Assembly: GCF_020969955.1 (NCBI RefSeq)
Contig: NZ_JAHDSX010000009.1
Location: 34,682-66,681 of the forward strand
Source of the DNA: Allobaculum fili
GTDB lineage: Bacteria > Bacillota_I > Bacilli_A > Erysipelotrichales > Erysipelotrichaceae
DNA: 32,000 nucleotides
Direction: 5' to 3'
Shown here piece after piece: positions 7,290-15,970 of this stretch; the first letter of the stretch is position 1, and the number at the start of each line of letters is the position of its first letter. Made by a program: the position numbers and the translations under genes. The notes under the pieces were generated by a model. That model was given only the letters and a program-made list of their open reading frames with translations. It was not told the DNA's origin and made no database searches.

Positions 7290-8987
7290 ATGATTAGAAT
7301 TCATCAGGTAAAATGTGAGGATCCAAAAGAAATTGAATCCCGGCTTCTGAAAAAACTGAATATGCCAAAAAAGGATCTTTTGAGCTGGTCCGTACATCGC
7401 AAAAGCGTGGACGCCAGAGGACAGAGGGTCCTTTTTTCCTTTGTGATCGATGCCGAAGTGCGGCACGAAAAGAAATACCTCAAAAACCGCGATGTGACGA
7501 TCGCACCCGACGAAACGTTCCGTTTTGAAGCGACGGGTACTGAGCCGCTGGCCGGACGGCCGGTCGTTGCGGGCTTTGGGCCGGCGGGTCTCTTCGCAGC
7601 GCTGCTTCTGGCGCAGTACGGGTACAAGCCGATTATTATTGAACGCGGCGCGCCGATTGAAGAGCGGCAGAAGGATGTCGAACGCTTCTGGAAAGAAGGC
7701 GTTCTCGATCCGGAAAGCAACGTGCAGTTTGGCATGGGCGGCGCCGGCGCCTTTTCCGACGGCAAGCTGACGACCCGCTCCAAGGATCTGCGCACGCGAA
7801 AAATCTTTGACGAACTCGTCCGCTTGGGCGCAAACAAAAATATCCTGTACGAGCAGCATCCTCATGTCGGTACCGACGGCTTTGTTTCGATTTTAAAAAA
7901 CGCCCGGGCGGAAATTGAATCGCTGGGCGGAACGTTCCTGTTCCATACCCGGCTGGCCGGCCTTGGCCTGGAAACATCGGGGCCGGATGGTCACGATAAC
8001 CTGCAGTCCATTACCCTGAAGGGATCCGGTATTGAAAACGCCCGCGCAATTTTAAAGGAGAAGGGTCTGGAGAATCTGATTGTGTCTTCGGATTTGAACG
8101 ACTCGAACGAAAAAGAGGACTTCCTGCAGATTCGCTGCATGGCGCTGATTGCGGCGATCGGCCATTCGGCTGGCGATACGCTGCGGATGCTGGCGAAAAG
8201 CCATGTGCAGATGGAAAACAAGCCGTTTGCGATCGGCGTGCGCATCGAACACGATCAGAAATTTATTGATCAGGCCATGCTGAAAGATCACGCGACGGAT
8301 CCGCTGCTCATTCCGGCCCGCTATCAGGTAACCGCCAAAACTTCGACGGGAAAAGGCGTCTACAGCTTCTGCATGTGTCCGGGCGGCTACGTAATTGCGG
8401 CATCGAGCACGCCGGAAACGGTTGTTGTCAACGGAATGAGCTATCATGATCGAGGCGGCAAAAATGCCAACGCGGCTCTTCTTGTACAAGTCGATGAAAC
8501 CGACACCGGATCGGATCTGTTCGCCGGTCTCGACTATCAGGAACAGCTCGAAAAGGCGGCCTGGAAACTGTCGAACAGCTACCGGGCGCCGGTTCAGCTC
8601 GCTTCCGATTTTGTACAGGGAAACGTCTCGGACCATTTTGAAGGCGTGCTGCCCACGTATCCCTTAGGGACCGTGTTTACGGATTTTCAGACGCTGCTTC
8701 CGGCACCGATCGCTTCCTCTTTAAAAGAAGCGCTGCTGTCCTTTGAAGAAAAAATTCCGGGATTTCTGGACGGTGCACTGTTAACGGGTGTGGAAACCCG
8801 TTCAAGCAGTGCCATTCGCGTATTCCGGGATAAGGAAAGCCTGCTTTCAAGCGTATACGGTCTGTATCCCTGCGGGGAAGGCGCCGGCTATTCCGGCGGC
8901 ATTATGACCTCCGCGCTCGATGGTCTGCGCTGTGCCATGGCCCTGATGGAGCGTTTTGACAATTCTTCAAAATCCCCTATACAATGA
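7290..8987 (+). CDS. FAD-dependent protein of the uncharacterised COG2509 type (NAD(FAD)-utilizing dehydrogenase-like)
   Basis: Rossmann dinucleotide motif VVAGFGPAGLFAALLL...IIIERG, then GGAGAFSDGKL and C-terminal YPCGEGAGYSGGIMTSALDG. Confidence 0.75.
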   Translation: MIRIHQVKCEDPKEIESRLLKKLNMPKKDLLSWSVHRKSVDARGQRVLFSFVIDAEVRHEKKYLKNRDVTIAPDETFRFEATGTEPLAGRPVVAGFGPAGLFAALLLAQYGYKPIIIERGAPIEERQKDVERFWKEGVLDPESNVQFGMGGAGAFSDGKLTTRSKDLRTRKIFDELVRLGANKNILYEQHPHVGTDGFVSILKNARAEIESLGGTFLFHTRLAGLGLETSGPDGHDNLQSITLKGSGIENARAILKEKGLENLIVSSDLNDSNEKEDFLQIRCMALIAAIGHSAGDTLRMLAKSHVQMENKPFAIGVRIEHDQKFIDQAMLKDHATDPLLIPARYQVTAKTSTGKGVYSFCMCPGGYVIAASSTPETVVVNGMSYHDRGGKNANAALLVQVDETDTGSDLFAGLDYQEQLEKAAWKLSNSYRAPVQLASDFVQGNVSDHFEGVLPTYPLGTVFTDFQTLLPAPIASSLKEALLSFEEKIPGFLDGALLTGVETRSSSAIRVFRDKESLLSSVYGLYPCGEGAGYSGGIMTSALDGLRCAMALMERFDNSSKSPIQ

Positions 8988-9529
8988 GAAAAACCATGAC
9001 TTTGCTGCTGCCCGAACGATCCATTCGACGCTATCTGGATCTGGATATCCGCCAGCTGAAAAAAGACGGAATCCGGATTTTGTTCGTCGACATCGACAAT
9101 ACAATTTCCGCATACGGCGATACGAAAATTTCCAACGAAGCCGCGGCATTTCTGCGCCGCGTGCGCCACTCTGGCATTGAACCCGTGCTGCTGACCAACA
9201 ACACGAAAAAGCACGTCGAAGACGTGCTGGGCGGCCGGCCCGCGGGCGAACTGCTGACGTTCTGCCTGAAACCGCTGCCCCATAAAGTGCATCGCTTTTT
9301 AAAAAAGCGGAGCGTCAGGGCCAGTCAGGCCGCCATTGTCGGCGATCAGCTGTATACCGATATGCTTTGCGGGCGAATTTCGGGCATGCATACCATTTTA
9401 TGCGGCAGACTGTCCGAGACGGAACGCAAGGATACTTCGATCATGCGGGCCCTCGAAAATGCTGCCTACACGTATTACGAAAAGAAACACAAAATAGATC
9501 GGAGGGACGGATATGTCCGAATACTGTAA
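8984..9529 (+). CDS. yqeG: YqeG-family HAD-IIIA phosphatase
   Basis: HAD motif I ILFVDIDNTI, LLTNN and VGDQLYTD. ATGA overlap with the upstream gene. Position directly upstream of yqeH as in Bacillus. Confidence 0.8.
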   Translation: MRKTMTLLLPERSIRRYLDLDIRQLKKDGIRILFVDIDNTISAYGDTKISNEAAAFLRRVRHSGIEPVLLTNNTKKHVEDVLGGRPAGELLTFCLKPLPHKVHRFLKKRSVRASQAAIVGDQLYTDMLCGRISGMHTILCGRLSETERKDTSIMRALENAAYTYYEKKHKIDRRDGYVRIL

Positions 9530-10595
9530 AGGGTGCGGCGTAAAGCTCCAGAATGAAGACCCCAAAGCCTTAGGCTATACGCCATCCCTGGACGCCGATT
9601 ACTGCCAGCGCTGCTACCGCCTTCGCCACTACGGCGATGTGACGATTAACATGCAGCAGGGCATCGCGGCGGAAGAGACCCTGAAAAAAGTCAATGAACT
9701 CGACGGCATCGTATTCTGGACCGTCGATCTGTTCAATCTCGAAAGCAATCTGATCAGCCGCCTCAACCAGCGGATTCCCGGCAAGCCCGTGGTCATGGTT
9801 CTGACCAAGCGGGACGTGCTGCCCGTTACGCTGAGCGACGAAAAGATTAAAAGCTACGTTTCGCGCCGCCTGAAAGAAGAAAACATTCAGGTGGAAGACA
9901 TTCTGATTGCCGGCTACATGACCAAAGGCTCAGAAAAAAGCGAAGAAATTCTCGAAACGATTTCCCAGACGGCCGACCGCCTGGGCGAAAAGAAAAACGT
10001 TATCTTCATGGGACTCGCCAACTCCGGCAAGTCCACTCTGGTCAACCGCCTGCTCCACAGCAGGGAACTGACCATTTCCCGCAACCCGGGAACCACCCTC
10101 GACGTGATTTCCCGTCCCTGGCGCGATCGAATTCTGTACGATACGCCGGGTCTGGAAAATCCAAAGTCGTATCTGGCGTGGCTGCCGGCGGACATGCTCA
10201 AAAGCGTGATCCCCGTCAAGCCGATCAAGCCCTACATCTGCCAGATTTTTGAAGATCAGTCCTTTGCAGCCGGCGGACTGGCGCGCATGGACGTGGTCTG
10301 CTCGAAAAAGGCCAGCATTGTCGGCTACTTCTCCCCGGGCGTGCCTATTCACCGCGGCAAGAAAAGCGATGCCGACCGTCTGTGGAACGAGCATCTGATG
10401 GAGATGCTTTCGCCGGCCATCGATCACTCGATGGAAACGATGCAGGCATGGCATGCGCCAAAGCTCAAACCCGGTCAGAAAATGGATGTAGTCATCCAGG
10501 GACTGGGATGGTTCTGCGTATCGGGGGACATTTCCTCGATCACGGTTTACGCCCACAAGGGCATTCAGATTACATTTCGAAAGGCGATGATTTAA
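9513..10595 (+). CDS. yqeH: Ribosome biogenesis GTPase YqeH (circularly permuted)
   Basis: N-terminal zinc ribbon CKGCG...CQRCYRLRHYG. Permuted GTPase order LTKRD (G4), GLANSGKST (G1), DTPG (G3). GGAGGGA RBS. Confidence 0.9.
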   Translation: MSEYCKGCGVKLQNEDPKALGYTPSLDADYCQRCYRLRHYGDVTINMQQGIAAEETLKKVNELDGIVFWTVDLFNLESNLISRLNQRIPGKPVVMVLTKRDVLPVTLSDEKIKSYVSRRLKEENIQVEDILIAGYMTKGSEKSEEILETISQTADRLGEKKNVIFMGLANSGKSTLVNRLLHSRELTISRNPGTTLDVISRPWRDRILYDTPGLENPKSYLAWLPADMLKSVIPVKPIKPYICQIFEDQSFAAGGLARMDVVCSKKASIVGYFSPGVPIHRGKKSDADRLWNEHLMEMLSPAIDHSMETMQAWHAPKLKPGQKMDVVIQGLGWFCVSGDISSITVYAHKGIQITFRKAMI

Positions 10596-10883
10596 ATGTT
10601 AAGCGCACAGAACAAAAAGAAACTCAGAACGCTGGCGATGAATCTCCCCAGCATGATCCAGATTGGAAAAGGAAACCTTTCAGAAGCGCTCTTTGAAAGC
10701 CTTTCTAACGATCTGGAAGCCCACGAACTCGTCAAGGTGACGATGCAGAAGACGGCCGCGATTTCGGTCCGCGAGGCGGCGATTGAATGCGCCAGCCAGA
10801 CCGGAAGCGATATCGTACAGATTATCGGCCGCACCTTTACGCTTTACCGCAGAAATCCGGATAAGAAGACGGGGATTCTCTGA
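10596..10883 (+). CDS. yhbY: YhbY/CRM-domain ribosome assembly RNA-binding protein
   Basis: 95 aa (KKKLRTLAMNLPSMIQIGKGNLSEALFESL...HELVKV). The start abuts the yqeH stop (TAAATG). Confidence 0.85.
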   Translation: MLSAQNKKKLRTLAMNLPSMIQIGKGNLSEALFESLSNDLEAHELVKVTMQKTAAISVREAAIECASQTGSDIVQIIGRTFTLYRRNPDKKTGIL

Positions 10884-11932
10884 TGAAAAAAGTTGCTCTG
10901 TTAGGCGGATCGTTTGATCCCGTACACAATGGCCATATTGCCATGGCCAATGCAGCATTAGAGCAGCTTGGCGCGGATGAAGTCTGGTTCGTTCCCGCGC
11001 GGATTTCCCCTTTAAAAGACCGGGTACTCACCGATCCGGTCCATCGACTCAACATGCTTCGGCTGGCCTGCCAGCAGAACGAACACTTTCGCATCAGCGA
11101 CGTGGAGTTCAAGCGCAACGGCACCAGCTATACGATCGATACGATCCGAACGCTGAAAAAGCAGTTTGACGATATTGAATTTTACTGGCTGATCGGCGCC
11201 GATCAGGCCGCTCAGTTTGAAGAATGGAAAGACTGGCAGCAGCTGCTTAAGGAAGCGCACTTTGTGGTCGCCGACCGCCAGCAGCAGCTCGACTTGCTGA
11301 AAAAGGACTACGGAATGATCCGTCTGTCCATGGAACCGGTCGACGTATCTTCTTCGCAGATTCGTACGGGATTTCGTCTGAATCTCATGCCCGAGAGCGT
11401 ACGTCAGTACTGCCTCGATCACGAACTGTATCTGCCGGCCTGGATCCAGCCGCAGATGGATCCGGCGCGCTTTGCCCATTCCTGCAGCGTCGCCAGACTT
11501 TGCCGGGAGCTTGCCAGAGCCCATCATCTCGATGAGCACAAGGCGTGGCTGATCGGACTCTTTCATGACATCGCCAAGGATCTTCCTAAGGAAGAACAGG
11601 CCAAATGGGTCAAGGCAGCGTTTCCGCCCTCCGCCCTGCAGGAACACCACGCCATCTGGCACGGCTATGCCGGCAGTGAAATTGTGTGGCGCATTTACGG
11701 CCTGTACGATCCGGTGATTCGCAACGCAATTTCCAATCATGTCAAAGGCACGAGCTATGATCCTTACGCGATGATCGTGTTTGTCAGCGACAAGCTCGAT
11801 CCGCTGCGCGGCTACGATTCCAGCGCCCTCTATCATGCCTGCCTGCATGATCTGTATAATGGTTTCCTGCTGGTCAAAGCAGAAAACAAAGCCTATCTCG
11901 AAAAGGAGAGACAAAAAAATGGACGTACTTGA
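10883..11932 (+). CDS. nadD/yqeK: Fused nicotinate-nucleotide adenylyltransferase NadD (aa ~1-185) / YqeK HD-domain hydrolase (aa ~190-349)
   Basis: N-half has GGSFDPVHNGHIAMA, YTIDT and SSSQIR. C-half has RFAHSCSVARL...LFHDIAK (HD motif) and SDKLDP. Single uninterrupted ORF. Confidence 0.9.
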   Translation: MKKVALLGGSFDPVHNGHIAMANAALEQLGADEVWFVPARISPLKDRVLTDPVHRLNMLRLACQQNEHFRISDVEFKRNGTSYTIDTIRTLKKQFDDIEFYWLIGADQAAQFEEWKDWQQLLKEAHFVVADRQQQLDLLKKDYGMIRLSMEPVDVSSSQIRTGFRLNLMPESVRQYCLDHELYLPAWIQPQMDPARFAHSCSVARLCRELARAHHLDEHKAWLIGLFHDIAKDLPKEEQAKWVKAAFPPSALQEHHAIWHGYAGSEIVWRIYGLYDPVIRNAISNHVKGTSYDPYAMIVFVSDKLDPLRGYDSSALYHACLHDLYNGFLLVKAENKAYLEKERQKNGRT

Positions 11933-12254
11933 TCTTGTACTCAAGGCAATCAGCGAGAAAAAAGGAACCGATATCGAAGTGTACGATACCCGCACCATGA
12001 CACCGTTCATGGATACGATGGTCATCGCTTCGGCCGGCAACCTCAAACAGAATCTTGCCATTGCTCAGAATATTAAGGACCGGCTGTTCGAAGCCGGCTG
12101 GAAAGGCGAAGTCCGCATGGAAGGCGGCCAGGAATCCAAATGGATTCTGGTGGACCTCAAGGATATCGTCATCCACCTCTTTACCGGCGAGGAAAGAAAG
12201 CTGTATTCGCTTGATCGCCTGTATGAGGAATGCCCTGTTACCCGTTACGAATAA
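11919..12254 (+). CDS. rsfS: Ribosomal silencing factor RsfS
   Basis: AAAAGGAGAG lies 8 nt before ATG 11919. Sequence MDVLDLVLKAISEKKGTDIEVYDTR...WILVDLKDIVIHLF. The longer listed ORF (from 11781) is an out-of-frame overlap with nadD/yqeK. Confidence 0.9.
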   Translation: MDVLDLVLKAISEKKGTDIEVYDTRTMTPFMDTMVIASAGNLKQNLAIAQNIKDRLFEAGWKGEVRMEGGQESKWILVDLKDIVIHLFTGEERKLYSLDRLYEECPVTRYE

Positions 12255-12263
12255 CGACACCTG

Positions 12264-12290
12264 GCCGCCTTGCCTGCAGGGCGGCTTTTG
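12264..12290 (+). terminator. Rho-independent terminator (possibly partial) after rsfS
   Basis: GCCGCCTTG-CCTG-CAGGGCGGC hairpin followed by TTTTG. Confidence 0.55.
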
Positions 12291-12350
12291 TAAAGACACA
12301 TTTACCATGAAGCAAAGTTCGATCCGGCTTTGCAGACAGGGGGAGGCGCT

Positions 12351-12422
12351 GATGCGTTTGAAGCATTCGATGCGTTTGATGGGTACGATGGATTTGACGC
12401 ATTCGATGCGCTCAATGCCTGT
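12351..12422. repeat. Four imperfect tandem copies of an 18-nt unit (GATGCGTTTGAAGCATTC)
   Basis: Units at 12351, 12369, 12387 and 12405: GATGCGTTTGAAGCATTC / GATGCGTTTGATGGGTAC / GATGGATTTGACGCATTC / GATGCGCTCAATGCCTGT. Confidence 0.7.
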
Positions 12423-12475
12423 CCTGACTCCCTGTTTCCTGCAGAATCGGATCTTAAACAGAAGGCGGTACGACT

Positions 12476-13186
12476 ATGGCAATTTATGAAACACTTGGCC
12501 GATACTATGACGCCCTCGTCAAGGACGATCAGGCGGCCGACCAGTGGGTGGACTGGATCGAATCGTTCCATCCCGGCAAAACGGTTCTGGAACTGGCCTG
12601 CGGCAGCGGGGAAATTACCGAGCGACTGGCCAAGCAGCACGATGTGACGGCGCTCGATCTTTCCCAGAACATGATCGATGCCGCAAAAGCCAAACCCGGC
12701 AGCGAAAATATCACCTTTTTACAGGGCGATATGCGCGATCTGTCCGGCCTGTCCAGGTTTGATATGATCGGCTGCTTTTGCGATTCGTTCAACTATCTTG
12801 AAGACAAGGACGAAGTGCGCGCGTTTTTAAAAGAAGTGCGGGCGCATCTGAACGAGGGCGGTCTGTTTCTTTTTGACAGCCATTCGCTCTGCCGTCTCGA
12901 TGAGTTTGCCGAAGAATACGAAGAAGCCGGCGAATTTGATGACGGCGTGCAGGTACAGTGGGTGATCACGGCGCAGGACGATAAAATTTATCAGGACTTC
13001 GCCTTCTACTTTGACGATCGCACTGTCGAAGAACATCACATGCAGACGGTCTTCTCCGACACGGATTTAAAAGAGATGCTCGAAGAAGACTTTGAAATTC
13101 TCCAGTTTTCCGGCGACTTTAACGAAGCCCCGCTCGAGGACTGCGAAAAGTATTTCATCGCCTGCAAAGCCAGACCGGCTAAGTAA
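12476..13186 (+). CDS. Class I SAM-dependent methyltransferase (YqeM-like position)
   Basis: Motif I VLELACGSGEITERL, then LDLSQNMI and FLFDSH. Occupies the position of yqeM at the end of the yqe cluster. Confidence 0.85.
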   Translation: MAIYETLGRYYDALVKDDQAADQWVDWIESFHPGKTVLELACGSGEITERLAKQHDVTALDLSQNMIDAAKAKPGSENITFLQGDMRDLSGLSRFDMIGCFCDSFNYLEDKDEVRAFLKEVRAHLNEGGLFLFDSHSLCRLDEFAEEYEEAGEFDDGVQVQWVITAQDDKIYQDFAFYFDDRTVEEHHMQTVFSDTDLKEMLEEDFEILQFSGDFNEAPLEDCEKYFIACKARPAK

Positions 13187-13309
13187 CACCAGTCAGATTC
13201 GACGTATACGATAAAGCCATGCGTCTCGCAATTTTTATGGAAGAGGCCGCCGGCTTTATCCCCGAGGCAGAAGCGCTATAAAGTCTTCTGCGAAGCAAGG
13301 AGGAAAAAC

Positions 13310-13984
13310 ATGCTTGGATTTATCGCAGCCATGCCCCAGGAGCAGAAGGCGATTACCGATCAGATGACGGATGTGGAAGTCCGCACAATTGCGGAAGCTG
13401 CCTTTTACAAAGGCCATCTGGCCGATGAAGAAATCGTTGTCGCGCTTTCCGGCGTCGGAAAAGTCGCCGCGGCTATTGCTTCGACGCTGCTTTGCGAAAA
13501 CTATCATCCCGATGCTCTGCTTTCGATCGGCGTAGCGGGCGGCCTGAAAGAAGGCCAGCACGTCGGCGAACTCGTTTTCTCGGATTATGCCATTCAGGCC
13601 GATTACGATACGTCGGCAATCGATGGAAAAGACGGAATCGGCAAAGTGTTCACCGCATCCAGAGACCTGCTCGAACGCGCCGAAGCCGCCGCAAAAGAAG
13701 CGGGACTGACGTATACCACAGGCTCTGTGGCGACGCAGGATCTGTTCATGGCGTATGAAGATGACTTCAAAAAGCTGTTTTCCCGCTTTCCGCAGAGTGC
13801 GTGCAGCGAAATGGAAGGCGGCGCGATCGCGCAGGTCGCCAGCCAGTTTGGTCTGCCGTTTCTGATCATCCGCACGCTCAGCGACATTGTCGGTCACAAC
13901 GACAACCCGGTAGAGTTCAGCTCGTTTGTGGAATCGTCCTCGCAGGCTGCGGGACGCTTTGTCAAAATGTTCTGCACCCGATAA
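13310..13984 (+). CDS. mtnN: 5'-methylthioadenosine/S-adenosylhomocysteine nucleosidase
   Basis: AAGGAGG RBS. Motifs GFIAAMPQE, SGVGKVAAAIASTLL, SEMEGGAIAQVA and IRTLSD. Confidence 0.9.
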   Translation: MLGFIAAMPQEQKAITDQMTDVEVRTIAEAAFYKGHLADEEIVVALSGVGKVAAAIASTLLCENYHPDALLSIGVAGGLKEGQHVGELVFSDYAIQADYDTSAIDGKDGIGKVFTASRDLLERAEAAAKEAGLTYTTGSVATQDLFMAYEDDFKKLFSRFPQSACSEMEGGAIAQVASQFGLPFLIIRTLSDIVGHNDNPVEFSSFVESSSQAAGRFVKMFCTR

Positions 13985-14014
13985 GCAGACGGAAATGCAA
14001 TAGAAATACAGAAG

Positions 14015-14068
14015 AAAAGCATCGGATCTTTCTCGATCGCCGGCCGATCGAAGAAATCCGGTGCTTTT
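14015..14068. terminator. Bidirectional terminator between convergent mtnN and the DUF853 gene
   Basis: Imperfect long hairpin AAAAGCATCGGATCTTTCTCGATCG-CCGG-CCGATCGAAGAAATCCGGTGCTTTT with an A-run and a T-run at the two ends. Confidence 0.55.
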
Positions 14069-14121
14069 GTGTTTCCTGCGTTCAAACGATATAAGCGGCC
14101 CTCAGAAGGCTTCCTGCCTTC

Positions 14122-15771
14122 TTACTTGAAAAAGGAAGAGAAGAGATCGCCGACCAGACTGCCCGCAAAGTTGCCGGCGGCCCGTTTGGCGGTGGAATTG
14201 TCGGAGCCAAGAATGCCGCGGCTGATGGATTTGCCTACGCTTCTCCCGATGCTTCGTGCAGAAGAACGGGCGGCTTTTTTCACCGACTTTTCCAGAGAAG
14301 AAGATGAATTGCGCGAAGAAGAGGAACGATTCTGTCCGCGCCGGGTCTGGCTGCGGGCAGGACGGTCGTCTTCGTAATTTTCATACTCGTCTTCGTCAGC
14401 GCGACGGGTATTCGTGCGATTGGATTTCGAACGGGAGGAGGAAGAAGCACGAGTATCTGCTTCTTTTTGGTCTGCTTCTTTCTGCCGCTTCTGCTCTTCA
14501 AGCGCTTCATAGGCGCTGTAGGCACCAAAGGCTTTAGCGTAGTGGTCGTACATCGGATCCCGGCTTTCCACAAGCTGGATTTGCGAGGGTGTGAGAGCCT
14601 GGAAAGAAGAGTGGGGCGGAAGAACGGTTACTTTTTCGACCGGCATCGGGGCACCGTCTTCATCGAGGAAGGAGACGAGCGCTTCGCCGGTTTTGAGCGC
14701 GGACAGTTCGCTTAGCGTATCGAGACGGGGATTGGGCCGAAAACCGGCTGCCGCCGATTTGAGCTTTTTCTGATCCGCCGGCGTATAGGCGTGGAGAGCG
14801 TGCTGAATGCGGTTCTGCAGCTGGGAAAGAATGTCTTCATCGAGATCCGACGGATTCTGGGTGATGAAAAAGAGACTGACGCCTTTGGAGCGGATCAGAC
14901 GAACAACCTGCGCAATCTTGTCGCGCAGCGCTTTTGGCGTATCTTCAAATAACATGTGCGCTTCATCAAAGAAGAAGACCAGCTTCGGCTTGTCGACTTC
15001 GCCGACTTCGGGAAGCGTTTCGTACAGCTCAGAAAGCATCCATAACAGAAACGTCGAGTAAAGAAAAGGATTTTGTCCAAGGCGGGACGCTTCCAGAATG
15101 TTGATCGTGCCCTGACTGCCGTTGAGCGTCAGCCAGTCGGTGATGTTCAGATCCGGCTGGTTGAAAAAGAGATCGCCGCCCTGATTTTCCAGTTCCAGCA
15201 AAGCCCGTACGATCGCCCCGGCTGAAGCCGAAGAAATGGTGCCGTACTGCGCCTGCAGTTCCTTGCGCTCGTCCATGATCAGAGAAGCCATCGCGCGGAG
15301 ATCTTTCAGATCGATCAGCTGCCAGCCGCGATCGTCCGCGATTTTGAAAATGATGTTGAGTACGCCGGTTTGGGCGGGCGTAAGCGAAAGCAGACGGGAG
15401 AGCAGAAGCGGTCCCAGATCGGAAATCTTGGTGCGCAGCGGAATGCCGTTTTCGCCAAAGACGTCCCAGAAGCGGACGGGATAGCCGCAAAACGCGAACG
15501 ATTCTGGATCGATGCCGCAGCTTTTCAGACGCGCGTCGATTTTTTCATTTCGCTCTCCCGGCATGGCCAGGGAACTGACGTCGCCTTTCATGTCGACGAG
15601 AAAAACAGGGACGCCCAGATCGGAAAAGCTTTCCGCGAGCACTTTAAGGGTAACGGTCTTGCCCGTTCCCGTTGCGCCGGCGATCAGGCCGTGCCGGCAG
15701 GCTTTGGAAGGAAGGAGTCCATAGAGACCGTCGGCGTTTGCGCCGACGGGAAGAATTTGCGATGTCGTCAT
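14122..15771 (-). CDS. HerA-like P-loop ATPase, DUF853 (YjgR) family
   Basis: Walker A GLIAGATGTGKTVT and Walker B LVFFFDEAH. The C-terminus is a long Ser/Arg/Lys-rich low-complexity tail. GGAGGG RBS. Confidence 0.85.
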   Translation of the reverse strand: MTTSQILPVGANADGLYGLLPSKACRHGLIAGATGTGKTVTLKVLAESFSDLGVPVFLVDMKGDVSSLAMPGERNEKIDARLKSCGIDPESFAFCGYPVRFWDVFGENGIPLRTKISDLGPLLLSRLLSLTPAQTGVLNIIFKIADDRGWQLIDLKDLRAMASLIMDERKELQAQYGTISSASAGAIVRALLELENQGGDLFFNQPDLNITDWLTLNGSQGTINILEASRLGQNPFLYSTFLLWMLSELYETLPEVGEVDKPKLVFFFDEAHMLFEDTPKALRDKIAQVVRLIRSKGVSLFFITQNPSDLDEDILSQLQNRIQHALHAYTPADQKKLKSAAAGFRPNPRLDTLSELSALKTGEALVSFLDEDGAPMPVEKVTVLPPHSSFQALTPSQIQLVESRDPMYDHYAKAFGAYSAYEALEEQKRQKEADQKEADTRASSSSRSKSNRTNTRRADEDEYENYEDDRPARSQTRRGQNRSSSSRNSSSSLEKSVKKAARSSARSIGRSVGKSISRGILGSDNSTAKRAAGNFAGSLVGDLFSSFFK

Positions 15772-15970
15772 ACTGATGTGGCCCTCCAGACGGGGCCGTC
15801 TCCTTTCAAAGGACAGTGCCTTTTTTCTTCATTATACGAAAGCCAGGAACGATCCCCGAAAGCGCAGCGCACCTTTTTGCGCCAGGCGCGCATACCGTTT
15901 TGGAGGGCGATCGGAAAGGAAGAATAGAGGTCAGGGGATCCGTTATCCAATTGATACAGAAGTCGATATA

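Noticed and set aside
12351-12422. Possible CRISPR-like array or coding DAF-repeat protein (ORF 12330-12647, DAFEAFDAFDGYDGFDAFD).
   Set aside because: The 18-nt units are directly adjacent with no spacers, so this is not a CRISPR array. The 105-aa ORF runs out of frame through the well-supported methyltransferase gene and has no SD.
14122-15771. HerA-like ATPase as the core of a phage-defence system.
   Set aside because: No nuclease, Sir2, DUF4297 or other partner gene is adjacent, and the motifs and tail fit the stand-alone housekeeping DUF853/YjgR family.
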